DNA of 64,000 nt from Promethearchaeota archaeon Loki_b32. GTDB taxonomy: Archaea; Asgardarchaeota; Lokiarchaeia; Sigyniarchaeales; SOKP01. The stretch covers positions 1 through 64,000 of the forward strand of contig NJBH01000005.1 of the NCBI GenBank assembly GCA_005223125.1, read 5' to 3'. Shown in pieces: positions 38,960-50,410 of the stretch; position 1 is the first letter of the stretch, and each line of letters begins with the position of its first letter. The translations under genes and the position numbers were made by a program. The notes beneath the pieces are model-generated. The model made no database searches. It was given only the letters and a program-made list of their open reading frames with translations, and was not told the origin of the DNA.

Positions 38960-41848
38960 TCAAACATCAATATAAAGAGCAGGTTTAAATGGTTTTGCTC
39001 TAATGGCCCTATGTTTGGGATCAAAATCAGAGTTTATTACAATAACAGATTTAACTCGCTTTTCTAGATACGATTTATAATGCTCTAGCAACTTTATCTC
39101 ATCAATTTGTGGTATTTTCTTCTCCCAAATCCGTTCTTTTAATTGAGTTTTAATAAAAGGAATAAGATCTTTATTAGATATTAACTCTATATCTTTTTTC
39201 AAATCAGACATTATTTCAGCAAAATTATCCTTTTTTGATATAATTAGATATGAAACTCGATATTTCCATTTAGGGGCTGTATATAAATGTATTTTATTAA
39301 ATTTCTCTGATTTTATTACTTTTTTTATATTGAAAACATCCTCGATGACATTTGAGATATATTCAAATTCAAGTTCAAGTTTGCTATTAATATATTGTTT
39401 ATTAAAATCTCCCCATACTTGAGTTGATATAAAACTCTCATTTCCAGCAATTTCCCATAATTCTTCACATAAATGTGGCATAGTTAGGGAAAGAATTTTC
39501 AACCAATCAGGATAAATTAGTTTAAAAACTGTTAGGAAATCATTTATATTATCTGTATCCCTTGAAAAATCCTGTATCAGATTAAACGCTTCATAAAAAG
39601 ACGTTTGGAGATATCTTCTTATATTAAATTCTTTTAATGCCGCTTCTGCCTCAACGAACTTCTTGATAATTTTTGATAGCATTGCTTTTGAATAATTAGA
39701 TTTAATATTTTCATATTTTGCTTTTTGTTCCCTTAATTGATTAACTTTATCAGAAAAAAATTCGAAGAACTTGAGGACATGGTTTCTAACGGTCTCAATT
39801 TCTTTCTTGCGGAAATCCATGTATGCACTGAAATCAGCATTGTGGGAGATATAAAATCTAAATAAATCAGCCCCGTAATTCTTTTGGATATCCGCAAGAG
39901 AAATTACATTCCCCTTTGACTTACCCATTTTCTGTCCTTCAATAATTACAGGTTCAATTAACGATATTAATTTTGGCCAATTTTTTTCTGGAAAAATTGC
40001 TACATGGTGGAAAATATAAAAACTTAAGTGGTTAGAGATATGCATTATTGCTGTATGACGATGGTCAACAGGGTACCAATAGAGAAACTCATTTCGTAAT
40101 TCATTAAGGATCTCTTTACTAATATTAATCTCTTTAGAGAATTTGCTTGTAACTCCTTTTTCTAAAAAGACATAATCGAAAAATTCTGGAGTCAATTGTT
40201 CTGGTTTGATTTGATAATCTTTTATTTTATATGAAATTGTATAGAAAGCCATATAAATTGTTGAATCACTCAAAGATTCTATTATCCAATCTTTATTAAA
40301 AGGTAGTTTAGTTCCTATTCCTCTTAATCTAGCACACGGTCTTTTTTCTAGCCAATTAAATATATTCTCAAAGTTTAATCGATATTTTTTTGGTACTATT
40401 TTCATCTTATTAAGGCATTTTAACGATTCTTCTTTCCAATCTCCTGCTTCAAAATTAAGAAACCATTGATCCTTTAGAATAGAAACGATAACTTCTGTAC
40501 CACATCTACATGTAAGATTTTTTGTAACAGGAATATATAATTTGTCTGCTTTATTTTCTTCAATCAAGTCATATGAAACTTGTCTAGCAGCATCACTCAC
40601 TTTCATTCCTTGATATTTTCCACATTTATCATTAAGTACACCATTATAATACTCATCTTTATAATTATCACTAGTTGCTAAATCGAGTTTTTCTGTGTCT
40701 TTTTGGGAATCGACTTCAAACTTGTCACAATAGATTTTTGCTGGAAAGTCTTTAAATCCTTTTAATTCAATTATTTTAATTGGATATATTAATTCTATTT
40801 GTCGTTCATTCAGATCATATCTCTTAATTAGATCTTTATTCTTTTGTAAATCGATTAGGGCAATATAATCATAAGGAGCGTGAGCGGGAACTGAATAAAC
40901 AACACCTGTAGCTGTTGAGGTTTCAACAAAATCTCCTGGTAAAATAGGAATTTCTTTAATCCCATAAAAATCTGCTGCATTTTTTCCAATAATTTCTTTT
41001 CCACTAATCTTATCCACGATCTTAACATCTTTCCCTTGATTCTCTAATAAGAATGTTGCTTCTTCAGAGATAAACCAAACTTCATTGTTCACAGAAGCTT
41101 TTATATAGTTTCCATTAGGATTTATCCAGATATTTGTAACTCCATAAATAGTTTCTGGTCTTAGTGTAGATGCAACAAGAAAACCATCTTCAAATGGGAA
41201 TTTAATACATATATATTCATTAATACTTAGATCCAACTCATCTCCCCGTGAAATATCATCTTCTCCAACGGCATTGTTGTCTTGAGGACAATAAAGAATT
41301 GGATATTCACCCTTTTCAATATAATCTCTCTCTTTTAAACGAAAATATTGCCATTCAATAAATTTATTATAAATTAAATCTCCAGTAGTAAATTCTCTCC
41401 TCCAATCTAAACTCATACCAATAGCCTTAAAATCAATTTTCATTGTTTTCGAAAAATAATTAACAACATTCCAAGGTTCTATAAAGCTTTCTACAATTTT
41501 TTTTACTTCTTGACGATCTTTAGTATGTAGACTAACATATTCTTTCATTCGTTCCTTTGTCAATTGATCCTTTCTTCCTATAGAAGAAGAAATTGCTAAA
41601 ACAGGTGTACCTGTAATATGAAATGCCATAGGATATAAAACCTTATATCCTTGTGCTCTATAATACCTTGCAAATATGTCTCCATTTATAAAACTCCTTC
41701 CATGGCCAATATGTAGAGGACCAGAAGCATATGGATAAGGTGATGTTATAAATATTTTCTCTTTGTTAGGATCTGGATTTGCTTCGAATATCCTTTCTTG
41801 CTCCCATCTATCTTGCCATTTCTTTTCAATTTGTTGTGGATCATACAT
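38960..41848 (-). CDS. leuS: Leucine--tRNA ligase (archaeal/eukaryal type)
   Basis: PYPYASGPLHIGH, MAFHITGTP, editing STLRPET and ATGVVYSVPAHAPYD, IESLSDSTIY, NHL, KMGKS. Confidence 0.96.
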   Translation of the reverse strand: MYDPQQIEKKWQDRWEQERIFEANPDPNKEKIFITSPYPYASGPLHIGHGRSFINGDIFARYYRAQGYKVLYPMAFHITGTPVLAISSSIGRKDQLTKERMKEYVSLHTKDRQEVKKIVESFIEPWNVVNYFSKTMKIDFKAIGMSLDWRREFTTGDLIYNKFIEWQYFRLKERDYIEKGEYPILYCPQDNNAVGEDDISRGDELDLSINEYICIKFPFEDGFLVASTLRPETIYGVTNIWINPNGNYIKASVNNEVWFISEEATFLLENQGKDVKIVDKISGKEIIGKNAADFYGIKEIPILPGDFVETSTATGVVYSVPAHAPYDYIALIDLQKNKDLIKRYDLNERQIELIYPIKIIELKGFKDFPAKIYCDKFEVDSQKDTEKLDLATSDNYKDEYYNGVLNDKCGKYQGMKVSDAARQVSYDLIEENKADKLYIPVTKNLTCRCGTEVIVSILKDQWFLNFEAGDWKEESLKCLNKMKIVPKKYRLNFENIFNWLEKRPCARLRGIGTKLPFNKDWIIESLSDSTIYMAFYTISYKIKDYQIKPEQLTPEFFDYVFLEKGVTSKFSKEINISKEILNELRNEFLYWYPVDHRHTAIMHISNHLSFYIFHHVAIFPEKNWPKLISLIEPVIIEGQKMGKSKGNVISLADIQKNYGADLFRFYISHNADFSAYMDFRKKEIETVRNHVLKFFEFFSDKVNQLREQKAKYENIKSNYSKAMLSKIIKKFVEAEAALKEFNIRRYLQTSFYEAFNLIQDFSRDTDNINDFLTVFKLIYPDWLKILSLTMPHLCEELWEIAGNESFISTQVWGDFNKQYINSKLELEFEYISNVIEDVFNIKKVIKSEKFNKIHLYTAPKWKYRVSYLIISKKDNFAEIMSDLKKDIELISNKDLIPFIKTQLKERIWEKKIPQIDEIKLLEHYKSYLEKRVKSVIVINSDFDPKHRAIRAKPFKPALYIDV

Positions 41849-41944
41849 ATTATTTCACTCTTTTTTGGGTTTTCTCTTCTTTTCTATTTAATTTTTTTTG
41901 GAGTTAAAAACCACCTATAATCTCTTTCAATTAAATTTAAACGC

Positions 41945-42004
41945 TGAGCAAACAAATCCGTAGAAAAATTAAAAGAAAAAGAATATAAGGACTTGTTTCA
42001 CTCA
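41945..42004 (-). promoter_or_regulatory. Stem-loop with U-rich loop in the leuS leader (candidate attenuator)
   Basis: UGAGU(G)AAACAAGUCC pairs with GGAUUUGUUUGCUCA: 15 bp, with two G-U pairs valid only on the minus strand. The 29-nt loop is UUAUAUUCUUUUUCUUUUAAUUUUUCUAC. Confidence 0.7.
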
Positions 42005-42061
42005 AGATAATAATAAAACTGCGAGTAAATTAACTAAGGATAGTACTTCCCTTACTTTCAT
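42002..42061 (-). CDS. Leu-rich leader peptide of leuS (MKVREVLSLVNLLAVLLLS)
   Basis: 19 codons with 7 Leu, including 5 of the last 8 codons (TTA CTC GCA GTT TTA TTA TTA TCT). It ends 153 nt before the leuS ATG. Confidence 0.7.
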   Translation of the reverse strand: MKVREVLSLVNLLAVLLLS

Positions 42062-42087
42062 CTTTGAAGCAGTTTTATTTGAAATCA

Positions 42088-42094
42088 TTATAAA
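42088..42094 (-). promoter_or_regulatory. TATA box for the leuS leader transcript
   Basis: TTTATAA ending 26 nt before the leader ATG. Confidence 0.5.
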
Positions 42095-42294
42095 GAATAT
42101 ACATGTTTTTGTATTAAAATTTTTCTAGATTCTTTATTATTCAAGCACTAAGATTATTGTTAAATTTAATTCTATCGCGATAACTCGTTTTTTTAAATTA
42201 GTGCAAATTGTTAAATATATCCTCTTATTTCATTTTTTAAACCTCTAATTGAAATATTATTAATTATTAAAGAGCATTTGGGGATAGGGATATC

Positions 42295-45200
42295 TTGAAG
42301 GAATCGAAAATAAATAAGGAAATTAACGTAGCAATAAAATCAGAAGAAAATTTTCTCGCAATTCTTAATTCTTTAACCGATCCTATGCATATTATTGATA
42401 GAGAATACAATATCCAATTTTTAAATTCAGCTATGGTACTATGGCTTAATAAATTGAACATAAATTCTGATCTTGTTGGTAAAACTCTTTTTGAAGAGTT
42501 TCCTCTCTTAGAATATGATAAAATCCATAACGAATATGACAAAGTCTTCAAAACTGGCGAACTTTTGATAACAAAAGAAGCAACTAAGCTAACTAAAGGT
42601 ATTATATTTACTGAGACTCTAAAAATTCCAGTTAAAAGTAATGGTAAAGTTGAGCAAGTTATAACGATTATGCGAGACATTACGGAACAAAAGAAAGCAG
42701 AAGAAAAATTAAAAGCATCTGAAGAGAAGTATAAGAATATTATCAGTAACCTTATGGATATAATAATAATATTAGATCTTAAAGGCAATTTCTTATATGT
42801 CAGTCCACAAATCTATGATATTTCTGGATTTAAACAAAAAGAGATAATCGGAAAAAATGGTTTCAAGTTGATGCACCCAGATGATATCAATAAGACTACT
42901 AGTGTATTAAAGGAGGCTATAGAACAGAAGAAGAGAATTTATATCGAATATCGCACATTACATAAGCAAGGTCATTATATAGAGGTATCTGCAAGTGGTA
43001 GGATTGTAAATATAGAAGGAGAAGATCGAATTTTCGCAGTAGTAAGAGACATTTCTGAGCATAAAATTTCTGAGCAAAAATTAAAAGAATCAGAAGAAAA
43101 ATATCGTCTAATTACTGAAAATGCAAATGATATGATTGCTATTTTAAATAACAAAATGGAGTATGAATATGTAAATGAAGCTGCTTTTCTAAATATTATG
43201 GGTAGAACTAAAGATGATTTAATTGGATATAATTCTTTACATTGGGCTCATCCTGATGATATTGAAAAATCTATAAATGCTTTTAAAGATGGTTGGGAGA
43301 AAGGAGAAGCATTTATCCAAGCAAGATTCAGAGATACACAAGAAAAATATCATTCGCTCGAAGTAAGAGGAAAATTAATTATTGATCATAAAGGAGAAAA
43401 AAAGGTTTTAATAGTCTCACGAGATATTTCAGAAAGAAAGGAGGCCGAACAGAAATTAAAAGATTCTGAAGAAAAATATCGATATTTAATTGAAAATTCT
43501 ATTGAGGGTGTTTGGGTAATAGATTCTGAAGCAAAAACAATCCTAGTTAATCCTAGTATGGCACATATTTTAGGTTATACGGTAGAAGAAATGATTGGAA
43601 AATCTTTATTCTCATTTACAAATGAAGAACAGGTAAAAATTACCAAAAATCATTTAGAGAAAAGAAAGAAAGGCATCTCTGAAGAAAGAGACGCCTACTT
43701 GCTTCATAAAGACGGAAATAAGGTTTATCTGAGAATAAGAGCAACCCCTATTTTCGACAGTGAAGGTAATTATGAAGGAACATATGCTTTTTTGGCAGAT
43801 ATAACCCAAAAAATGTTAGCGGAACAGAAATTGAAAGAATCGGAAGAAAGATTTAGAACATTATTTGAAATCGCTCCCGCTTCTATTTCTGTTTTAGATT
43901 TAGATGGGAATATTATCTTAAGCAACCAGAAATTTTGTAATCTTCATGGTGTGAAAAACCCAGAACTATTGGAAGGAAGGAAAATTTTAGAATTCATAGC
44001 AGAAAAAGATTGGTCAAAATTAAAGGAAGCTATGAAAAAGTCTTTTGAAGGATTACCCAGAGGACTTAATCAATATACAATGCTTAAAGATAATGGAACA
44101 GAATTTCCTGCCGAAGCAATTAGTTCAGGTATTAAAAATAAAAAAGGTGAAATTATAGGTCTTATAGGAGTTGCTCAGGATATTACAGAACGTAATATTG
44201 CTGAGCAAAAACTAAAGGAATCTGAAGAAAAATATTCACATCTTTTCAAGAGTTCTCCGTACTCAATCCTAATTGCTAATATGAATGGAAAAGTAATTGA
44301 TTGTAACTTTTTAGAAGATAAAATAACAGGATATTTAAAAGAGGAAATAATCGGTAAAAACATGCTTGATATACCAATGTTTCCGAAAGAGTATCTTCCT
44401 ATAGTGATTAAAGATTTCAAAACTCTACTAAAAGGAAGAATTCCCAAACCTAATGAAATACAGATTCGAAAGAAAAATGGAACTCTGGTGTGGGTACAGC
44501 CGACTGCTTCTATTTTTAAAATCGAAGGTGAATCTTACATGTAGATTATAATGCAAGAGATTACTGAAAGAAAGAATTCTGAAGAAAAATTAAAAGAATC
44601 CGAAGAAAAATTCAGAACTATTGCAGAACAATCTTTCTTAGGTATTGCTATTCTACAAAATGATACTGTTAGTTATGTTAATGAGCAACTTGCTTATAAA
44701 TTTGGTTATACCACAGAGGAAATTATGAAGTGGGGAGTAGGAGGTTTTATGAAAGTTATATATCCCGATGATAGAAAAATGGTTGCTGAGCAAGCTAAGA
44801 AAAAGCAATCGGGTGAACCAGATACTGTTAATCAATATCAATTCAGAGGAATAAAAAAGAATGGAAATATAATATGGTTAGAAATATTTTCAAAAACAAT
44901 TAATTATAAGGGAAAACCAGCTGATTTTGTTACAATTCACGATATAACTGAAGAGAAGCTAGCTGGACAAAAATTAAAAGAATCTGAAGAAAATTTCAGA
45001 ACTATTGCTGAACAAGCTTTTATGGGAACTTTAATAATTCAAAATGATCAAGTGACGTATGTGAATGATGCTTTGCTTCAAATCTTTGAGTTCTCGCAAG
45101 ATGAAGTTAATTATTGGAAGAAAGATAATCTACTCAAACTAATTCATCCTGAAGATTTACATTATCTAAGAGAATATCGCGAACAATTACGAAGTGGTGA

Positions 45201-46075
45201 ATCTGATATAAAGCCGTATTATTCTTATAGAGTTTTCACCAAATATGGTAAGATAAAATGGATCGATCAGTTCTCAAGACCTATTATTTATCGAGGGAAA
45301 CCAGCAGAATTAGTCACCATCATGGATATTACTGAGAAAAAAAAAAGCCGAACAAGAATTAGTAAAACTCAACAGCTTAAAATCGGAGCTTCTTAGAAGA
45401 ACTTCCCATGAGTTAAAAACACCTCTTGTCTCAATTAAGGGATTTTCTGATCTTTTATTAACTGTACATAAAGAAAAATTAGATGATTATGTGTTAGCTA
45501 CTATTCATGAAATAAGACTCGGATGTGAAAGGCTAGAAAGTCTTATCCAAGATATTTTAAAAACATCTGAATTAGAAGCTGAATCAGTTGAGTTAAAAAA
45601 ATCAGAAGAAGATTTATCATTTTTAATAAAATTGTGTATAAAGGAATTACAAGGCTTAATAAGGTTAAGAAATCATGAAACCAGCATAGATATACATGAT
45701 AAGTTAATAACTAGCTTTGAACCAGGCCAAATCCATCTTGTAATTAGCAATTTACTTAATAATGCAATAAAATATACTCCACCTAATGGTAAAATTGAAG
45801 TTAAATCTGCTATAACAGATAATTCTATTTTAATTTCGATCCATGATAATGGAATCGGAATAACCAATGAAGAAAAAAAAAGGTTATTCTCCCAATTTGG
45901 AAAAATTGAACGATACGGACAAGGGCTTGACATAATATCCGATGGTTCTGGTTTAGGATTATATATAACCAAAAGAATTGTAGAATTGCATGGTGGAAAG
46001 ATATGGGTTAAATCTAAAGGAAGAAACAAAGGTTCTACCTTCAATTTTACTCTTCCATTAATTATTGAGAAATAA
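42295..46075 (+). pseudogene. Multi-PAS sensor histidine kinase, interrupted twice
   Basis: About 8 PAS repeats. In-frame TAG at 44542-44544 (YM*IIMQEITERK). An A10 run at 45337-45346 shifts frame before ...LLRRTSHELKTPL. HATPase domain runs to 46075. Confidence 0.88.
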
Positions 46076-46181
46076 AATAAATAAACAAAATCTCAACATT
46101 TTTGTCTAGAACTCTTAAAACTTTTAAACCTTCCATTTACTATATAGAGTTAAATTATATTAATTATAATTGTGAATTCAT

Positions 46182-47636
46182 ATGGTCGAGTTTAATCCAC
46201 AAATTTTAAGTAGAGAGGAATTAAGGGCAATTTCTGCAGGTGTGAATAAAGAAGAATTACTCTTTTTTGATAAACATTGTATAAATGTCTATTATGAACA
46301 AAATGTATTAATTGAAGCGAAAGAACCAGGTTCTCCATGGGTTGTAGTAAGAGATTTTAAAACAGGAGAACAAACTGAAATTTTAGATTGTACATCTCAA
46401 AATTGGACGTTAGCATTAGGTTTTGCTAACCCTGATATTAATTATGCCGTGGCAGAACAGATGAAAAGATTGACTCATATTAAATCGGATGTAGTATCTC
46501 CATCCCGAGCTAAGTTTATAAATAAATTGTCTGAATTGTCTCCAGGTAGATTGAAGGGAGGAAGAGTTCATATAAATAATGAAGGGGGTAGTTTAGCAAT
46601 CGAAGCTGCCATAAAGCTTGCGTTAGTAGCATCTAGAGATGGAGATCATTTTTTAACTTTTAGAGGGGGATATCATGGGAATACATTAGCTATGTTAGCA
46701 GCTTCTCAACCTTTCCATCCAATAACAAGATTTAGAACTTTCGGGGTAGATTTTTTTACACGAGTTCCACAACCATATTGTTATCGATGTCTATGGAACT
46801 ATAAAAACGGTTTATATGGTCAAAAAGATCCTCAGTGCAATATGGAGTGTTTCGATTTAGTTAAAGAATATTTGATGAATTTGACAACAAGAAAGCTCGC
46901 GGGAGTAATTTTAGAACCTTATCAAGCAGCAGGCGGTCATATTCCCTTTCCACCCGATTTTCTTATAAAATTAAGAGAAACATGTGAAGAAGAAAAGATT
47001 TTTATTATATTTGATGAATCTCAGACAGCTGTTTGGAGAACTGGGAGATATTTTACTCTAACTGAAAAATATGAGAAAGAAAATGGATTAGATGTATCTC
47101 CTGATATGATGTGCTTTACTAAAGCTCTTGGGGGAGGTTTCCCATTGGGTGCGATGATAGCCTCTACCAAAATTAAGAAAAGATTTACAGCCGCAGAAGA
47201 TCACACAACCTTTTGTAATACACCGATTGGTTGTACAGCGGGTCTTGCTTCTTTTATGGTTATAGAAAAAGCAAAAATTGGAGAAAATTGCGAAGAAAGA
47301 GGGAAGCAGATAACTAGACGATTAAAAGAACTCCAAGAAAAATATGATATGATAGGTGATATTCGAGGTCCAGGCTTGTTTATAGGAATTGAGCTAGTAA
47401 AAGATCAAAAGTCAAGAGAACCTTTTACAGAACTTATGGAAGATATGCTTCATGAGGGTGTAAGACAGAATATATTCTTTGGACCTAGTATGCCTTATCT
47501 TAGTGGAACAGGTAAATTACTAATGCGAAATTTAATAAAAATAAAGCCCCCATTAAATATTACTGAAAAAGATGCTGAATTTATCTGTGATAAATTTGAA
47601 AGCGTACTAAAAGCATCGATTAATAATTTGAAATAG
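46182..47636 (+). CDS. Class III PLP-dependent aminotransferase
   Basis: GSLAIEAAIKLA, FRGGYHGNT, ILEPYQ, IFDESQT, PLP lysine FTKALGGG, DIRGPGLFIGIE. Confidence 0.93.
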   Translation: MVEFNPQILSREELRAISAGVNKEELLFFDKHCINVYYEQNVLIEAKEPGSPWVVVRDFKTGEQTEILDCTSQNWTLALGFANPDINYAVAEQMKRLTHIKSDVVSPSRAKFINKLSELSPGRLKGGRVHINNEGGSLAIEAAIKLALVASRDGDHFLTFRGGYHGNTLAMLAASQPFHPITRFRTFGVDFFTRVPQPYCYRCLWNYKNGLYGQKDPQCNMECFDLVKEYLMNLTTRKLAGVILEPYQAAGGHIPFPPDFLIKLRETCEEEKIFIIFDESQTAVWRTGRYFTLTEKYEKENGLDVSPDMMCFTKALGGGFPLGAMIASTKIKKRFTAAEDHTTFCNTPIGCTAGLASFMVIEKAKIGENCEERGKQITRRLKELQEKYDMIGDIRGPGLFIGIELVKDQKSREPFTELMEDMLHEGVRQNIFFGPSMPYLSGTGKLLMRNLIKIKPPLNITEKDAEFICDKFESVLKASINNLK

Positions 47637-47904
47637 CTTGAATTAAGAAAATGAATTAAGGTTGCGATGTTTGAATTTAAGATTTTTCTTGTGATATAAA
47701 GCTTAAATACTGAATAGATTTTGGCTTAATGGAAACTTCATTTTTATTATATGGAATTTCAAGGGTCCAATTTTTATTTCTTTCAAATATAATTCTGTCA
47801 TTTCTTTTTCAAAAGGTATAAAAAAGCCAAAGTTTTTTATTTTTGGTCTCTTACCATTTATTAATTCTTTAGAAATTAAAGAATTTTGAAAAAAGTAATA
47901 AAAT

Positions 47905-48177
47905 TTGGTTTTAAAATTGGTAAAAGGAACAGTAAAATGGTTTAACAGCCGTAAAGGCTTCGGATTTATAAATTCTGACGAAGGAGGCGATGTTTTTGTT
48001 CATTACACCGCATTATCTGGCGGAGACGACGAATATAAAACTTTAAATGAAAATGACAAAGTTGAGTTTGATGTTGTCGACGGTCAAAAAGGACCGCAAG
48101 CTAGCAACGTTGTAGTGACTGAAAAAGCCCCTCCTAATCCATATAATAGAGGCAGAGGAAGAAATTTTCGCTTTTAA
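47905..48177 (+). CDS. Cold-shock domain protein with Arg/Gly-rich tail
   Basis: GTVKWFN, RNP1 KGFGFI, RNP2 VFVHY, GQKGPQA, tail [10 protein letters not shown]. Confidence 0.95.
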   Translation: MVLKLVKGTVKWFNSRKGFGFINSDEGGDVFVHYTALSGGDDEYKTLNENDKVEFDVVDGQKGPQASNVVVTEKAPPNPYNRGRGRNFRF

Positions 48178-48412
48178 ATTATAAGTCTTTGTAAATCTAC
48201 AAAAAGGGAAATATAATATAAGAAATAAATAATAATTAAAAAAAAGAAAAAAATCTGTTTTTGTAATTGTTATCGAATCTTATCTTTTTTTTTATTTTAT
48301 TTTTAATTGTCATTCTTAAATTGTATCTTCTATTTTATTGAAGAGAATATCATAATAAAGGATATAAATATTATAATAAAGGATATAAACAGTAAAGTAA
48401 AATAAAAATAAA

Positions 48413-50410
48413 TTATTGAAGCTTATCTTTCATCTCCAAGTAGAAATCTAGTGATTCTGGGTTTCTAAGAGCTCCACGGTTAGTCACTTCCATTCCGTGG
48501 ATAATTTTTGTAACGGCAATTTCGACTTTCTTGTTACTAAAGGTATAAGGTATGCCATCTGGGGGGGCTTGAAAGATTAGTTTAGGCACATGTCTTGGGG
48601 AGGTTTTTTTTCGTAGAGTTTGCTTTATTTTCACTTTTAAATCATCGTTTAGATCATATCCTTCATTTACCAATACGAACATTAATATTCTGATATCACC
48701 ACTGAACTTTTGACCAATCACTAAGGAATCTGCTATTTCTGGTAGTTGTTCAACGACATTATAGATTTCTGCAGTTCCTATTCTTACACCACTGGGCTTA
48801 AGTACGGCATCCGAACGTCCCCAAAATGTAATTCCACCAGTATCACTATGAATAACTATATAATCCCCATGCCTCCATATCATTTTTCCTACATCCTTAT
48901 AATAATCAAAATACGCGGCTTTATATTTTGTCATGTTATCATCATCACCCCAGAAATGAGTTGGCATTGAAGGAGCAGGTGCCTCACATACGAGTTCTGC
49001 TTGCTCGTCTTCAATGGGTTCTGCATTTTCGGAATAAGACTCAACTTTCATTGCTAAAGCTCGACCTTGTAATTCTCCAGAATATACCGGAAGAATAGGT
49101 ATTGCTCCCGCAAAACAACCATTTATATCAGTTCCCCCACTTATTGAATTAAAAAACAAGTCTTTCTTAATTTCTCTATATACATACTCGAATCCTTCTG
49201 GAGAAAGTGTAGATGCGGTTTGTGAGATTTCTCTTAGCGTACTTAAGTCATATTTTTCAGCTGGTTTAACCCCAAGACTCATGAGATAATGAATATAAGC
49301 TGCACTTGTACCGAAAATTGTTATTTTATGTTTTTCTATTAATTCAAAGAATCTAAGAGGATCGGGATAGAGGGGATTCCCATCATATAAAAAGATTGTT
49401 GCTCCCACTGCTAGTGCACTAATCAACCAATTCCACATCATCCAACTTGGAGCGGTAATATAATTTATAATATCGCTCCTTTTGCAGTCAGTAGAAAGGA
49501 TTAACTCTTTTAAATGATTGATAAGCACGCCTCCAGCACTCTGTACCATGCATTTTGGCTTCCCAGTTGTTCCCGAGGAAAACATTACATATAATGGATG
49601 ATCAAATGGTAATTGCTCAAATTCTAGTGGGGGATCAGTATCTTTAGAAATAAAATCCTCCCAGTTTACTGCTTTAGGAATACTACTTACATCACACTTT
49701 CCTTCAGTTACATAGGATACTACTATTACTTTTTCTATTGAAGGAATAGCCTCAACAACGGCTTTTACATTTTCTCTTATATCAAACACTTTATCTCTAT
49801 AAAAATATCCGTCCACAGTAAAGAGAATTTTAGGCTCAATTTGACTAAATCTATCGATCACCGCACTTGGTTGAAGTTCACCACCACAAGATGCCCATGT
49901 ACCACCTAAAGCTACAGCTGCGAGCATAGCAACAGGTGTTTCGATTAAGTTTGGAATAAAAGATACCACTCTATCTCCTACATTAACACCGGCTTCCTTT
50001 AGAGATTTAGCTAAGCGAGCCACAGTTTTATTCAATTCAGCATAAGTAATTTGCTTCGATACTTTGGTTTCACCTTGGAAGTCGAAGGCTAATTGATCAT
50101 CCTTATACTTCAAAAGGTTTTCAGCAAAGTTTAATTCCGCTCCAGGAAACCATTTTGTACCAGGAAAAACATTTAAGTCTTCTACTACTTTGTTAAAAGG
50201 TTTAGAAGCAATAATACCCGAAAATTTCCACATAGCATCCCAGAAATCTGGTATCTGTTCTACGGACCATTTGTATAGATCTTTCCCTCCTTTCAAATTC
50301 TGATCGTATTTTTTATTGACAAATTCAATAAAGCGGGTTGCTTCCGCGTTTTTAATCCACTTTTCAGATGGTTCCCATAGTTTTTTTCTTACATCACTCA
50401 TATTTTTCAC
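48413..50410 (-). CDS. Acetoacetyl-CoA synthetase
   Basis: WFPGAELNFAENLL, MFSSGTTGKPKC, WMMWNW, SISGGTDI, WRHGD, GRSD...GVRIGTAEIY, KKVE. Confidence 0.93.
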   Translation of the reverse strand: MKNMSDVRKKLWEPSEKWIKNAEATRFIEFVNKKYDQNLKGGKDLYKWSVEQIPDFWDAMWKFSGIIASKPFNKVVEDLNVFPGTKWFPGAELNFAENLLKYKDDQLAFDFQGETKVSKQITYAELNKTVARLAKSLKEAGVNVGDRVVSFIPNLIETPVAMLAAVALGGTWASCGGELQPSAVIDRFSQIEPKILFTVDGYFYRDKVFDIRENVKAVVEAIPSIEKVIVVSYVTEGKCDVSSIPKAVNWEDFISKDTDPPLEFEQLPFDHPLYVMFSSGTTGKPKCMVQSAGGVLINHLKELILSTDCKRSDIINYITAPSWMMWNWLISALAVGATIFLYDGNPLYPDPLRFFELIEKHKITIFGTSAAYIHYLMSLGVKPAEKYDLSTLREISQTASTLSPEGFEYVYREIKKDLFFNSISGGTDINGCFAGAIPILPVYSGELQGRALAMKVESYSENAEPIEDEQAELVCEAPAPSMPTHFWGDDDNMTKYKAAYFDYYKDVGKMIWRHGDYIVIHSDTGGITFWGRSDAVLKPSGVRIGTAEIYNVVEQLPEIADSLVIGQKFSGDIRILMFVLVNEGYDLNDDLKVKIKQTLRKKTSPRHVPKLIFQAPPDGIPYTFSNKKVEIAVTKIIHGMEVTNRGALRNPESLDFYLEMKDKLQ

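Noticed and set aside
39920-39934. KMGKS instead of KMSKS in LeuRS
   Set aside because: A tolerated class I variant; the rest of the enzyme is intact.
19088-44544. Genome-wide stop-codon reassignment
   Set aside because: TAG and TGA end many intact genes at family-typical C-termini. Only one internal example of each was seen, amid other lesions.
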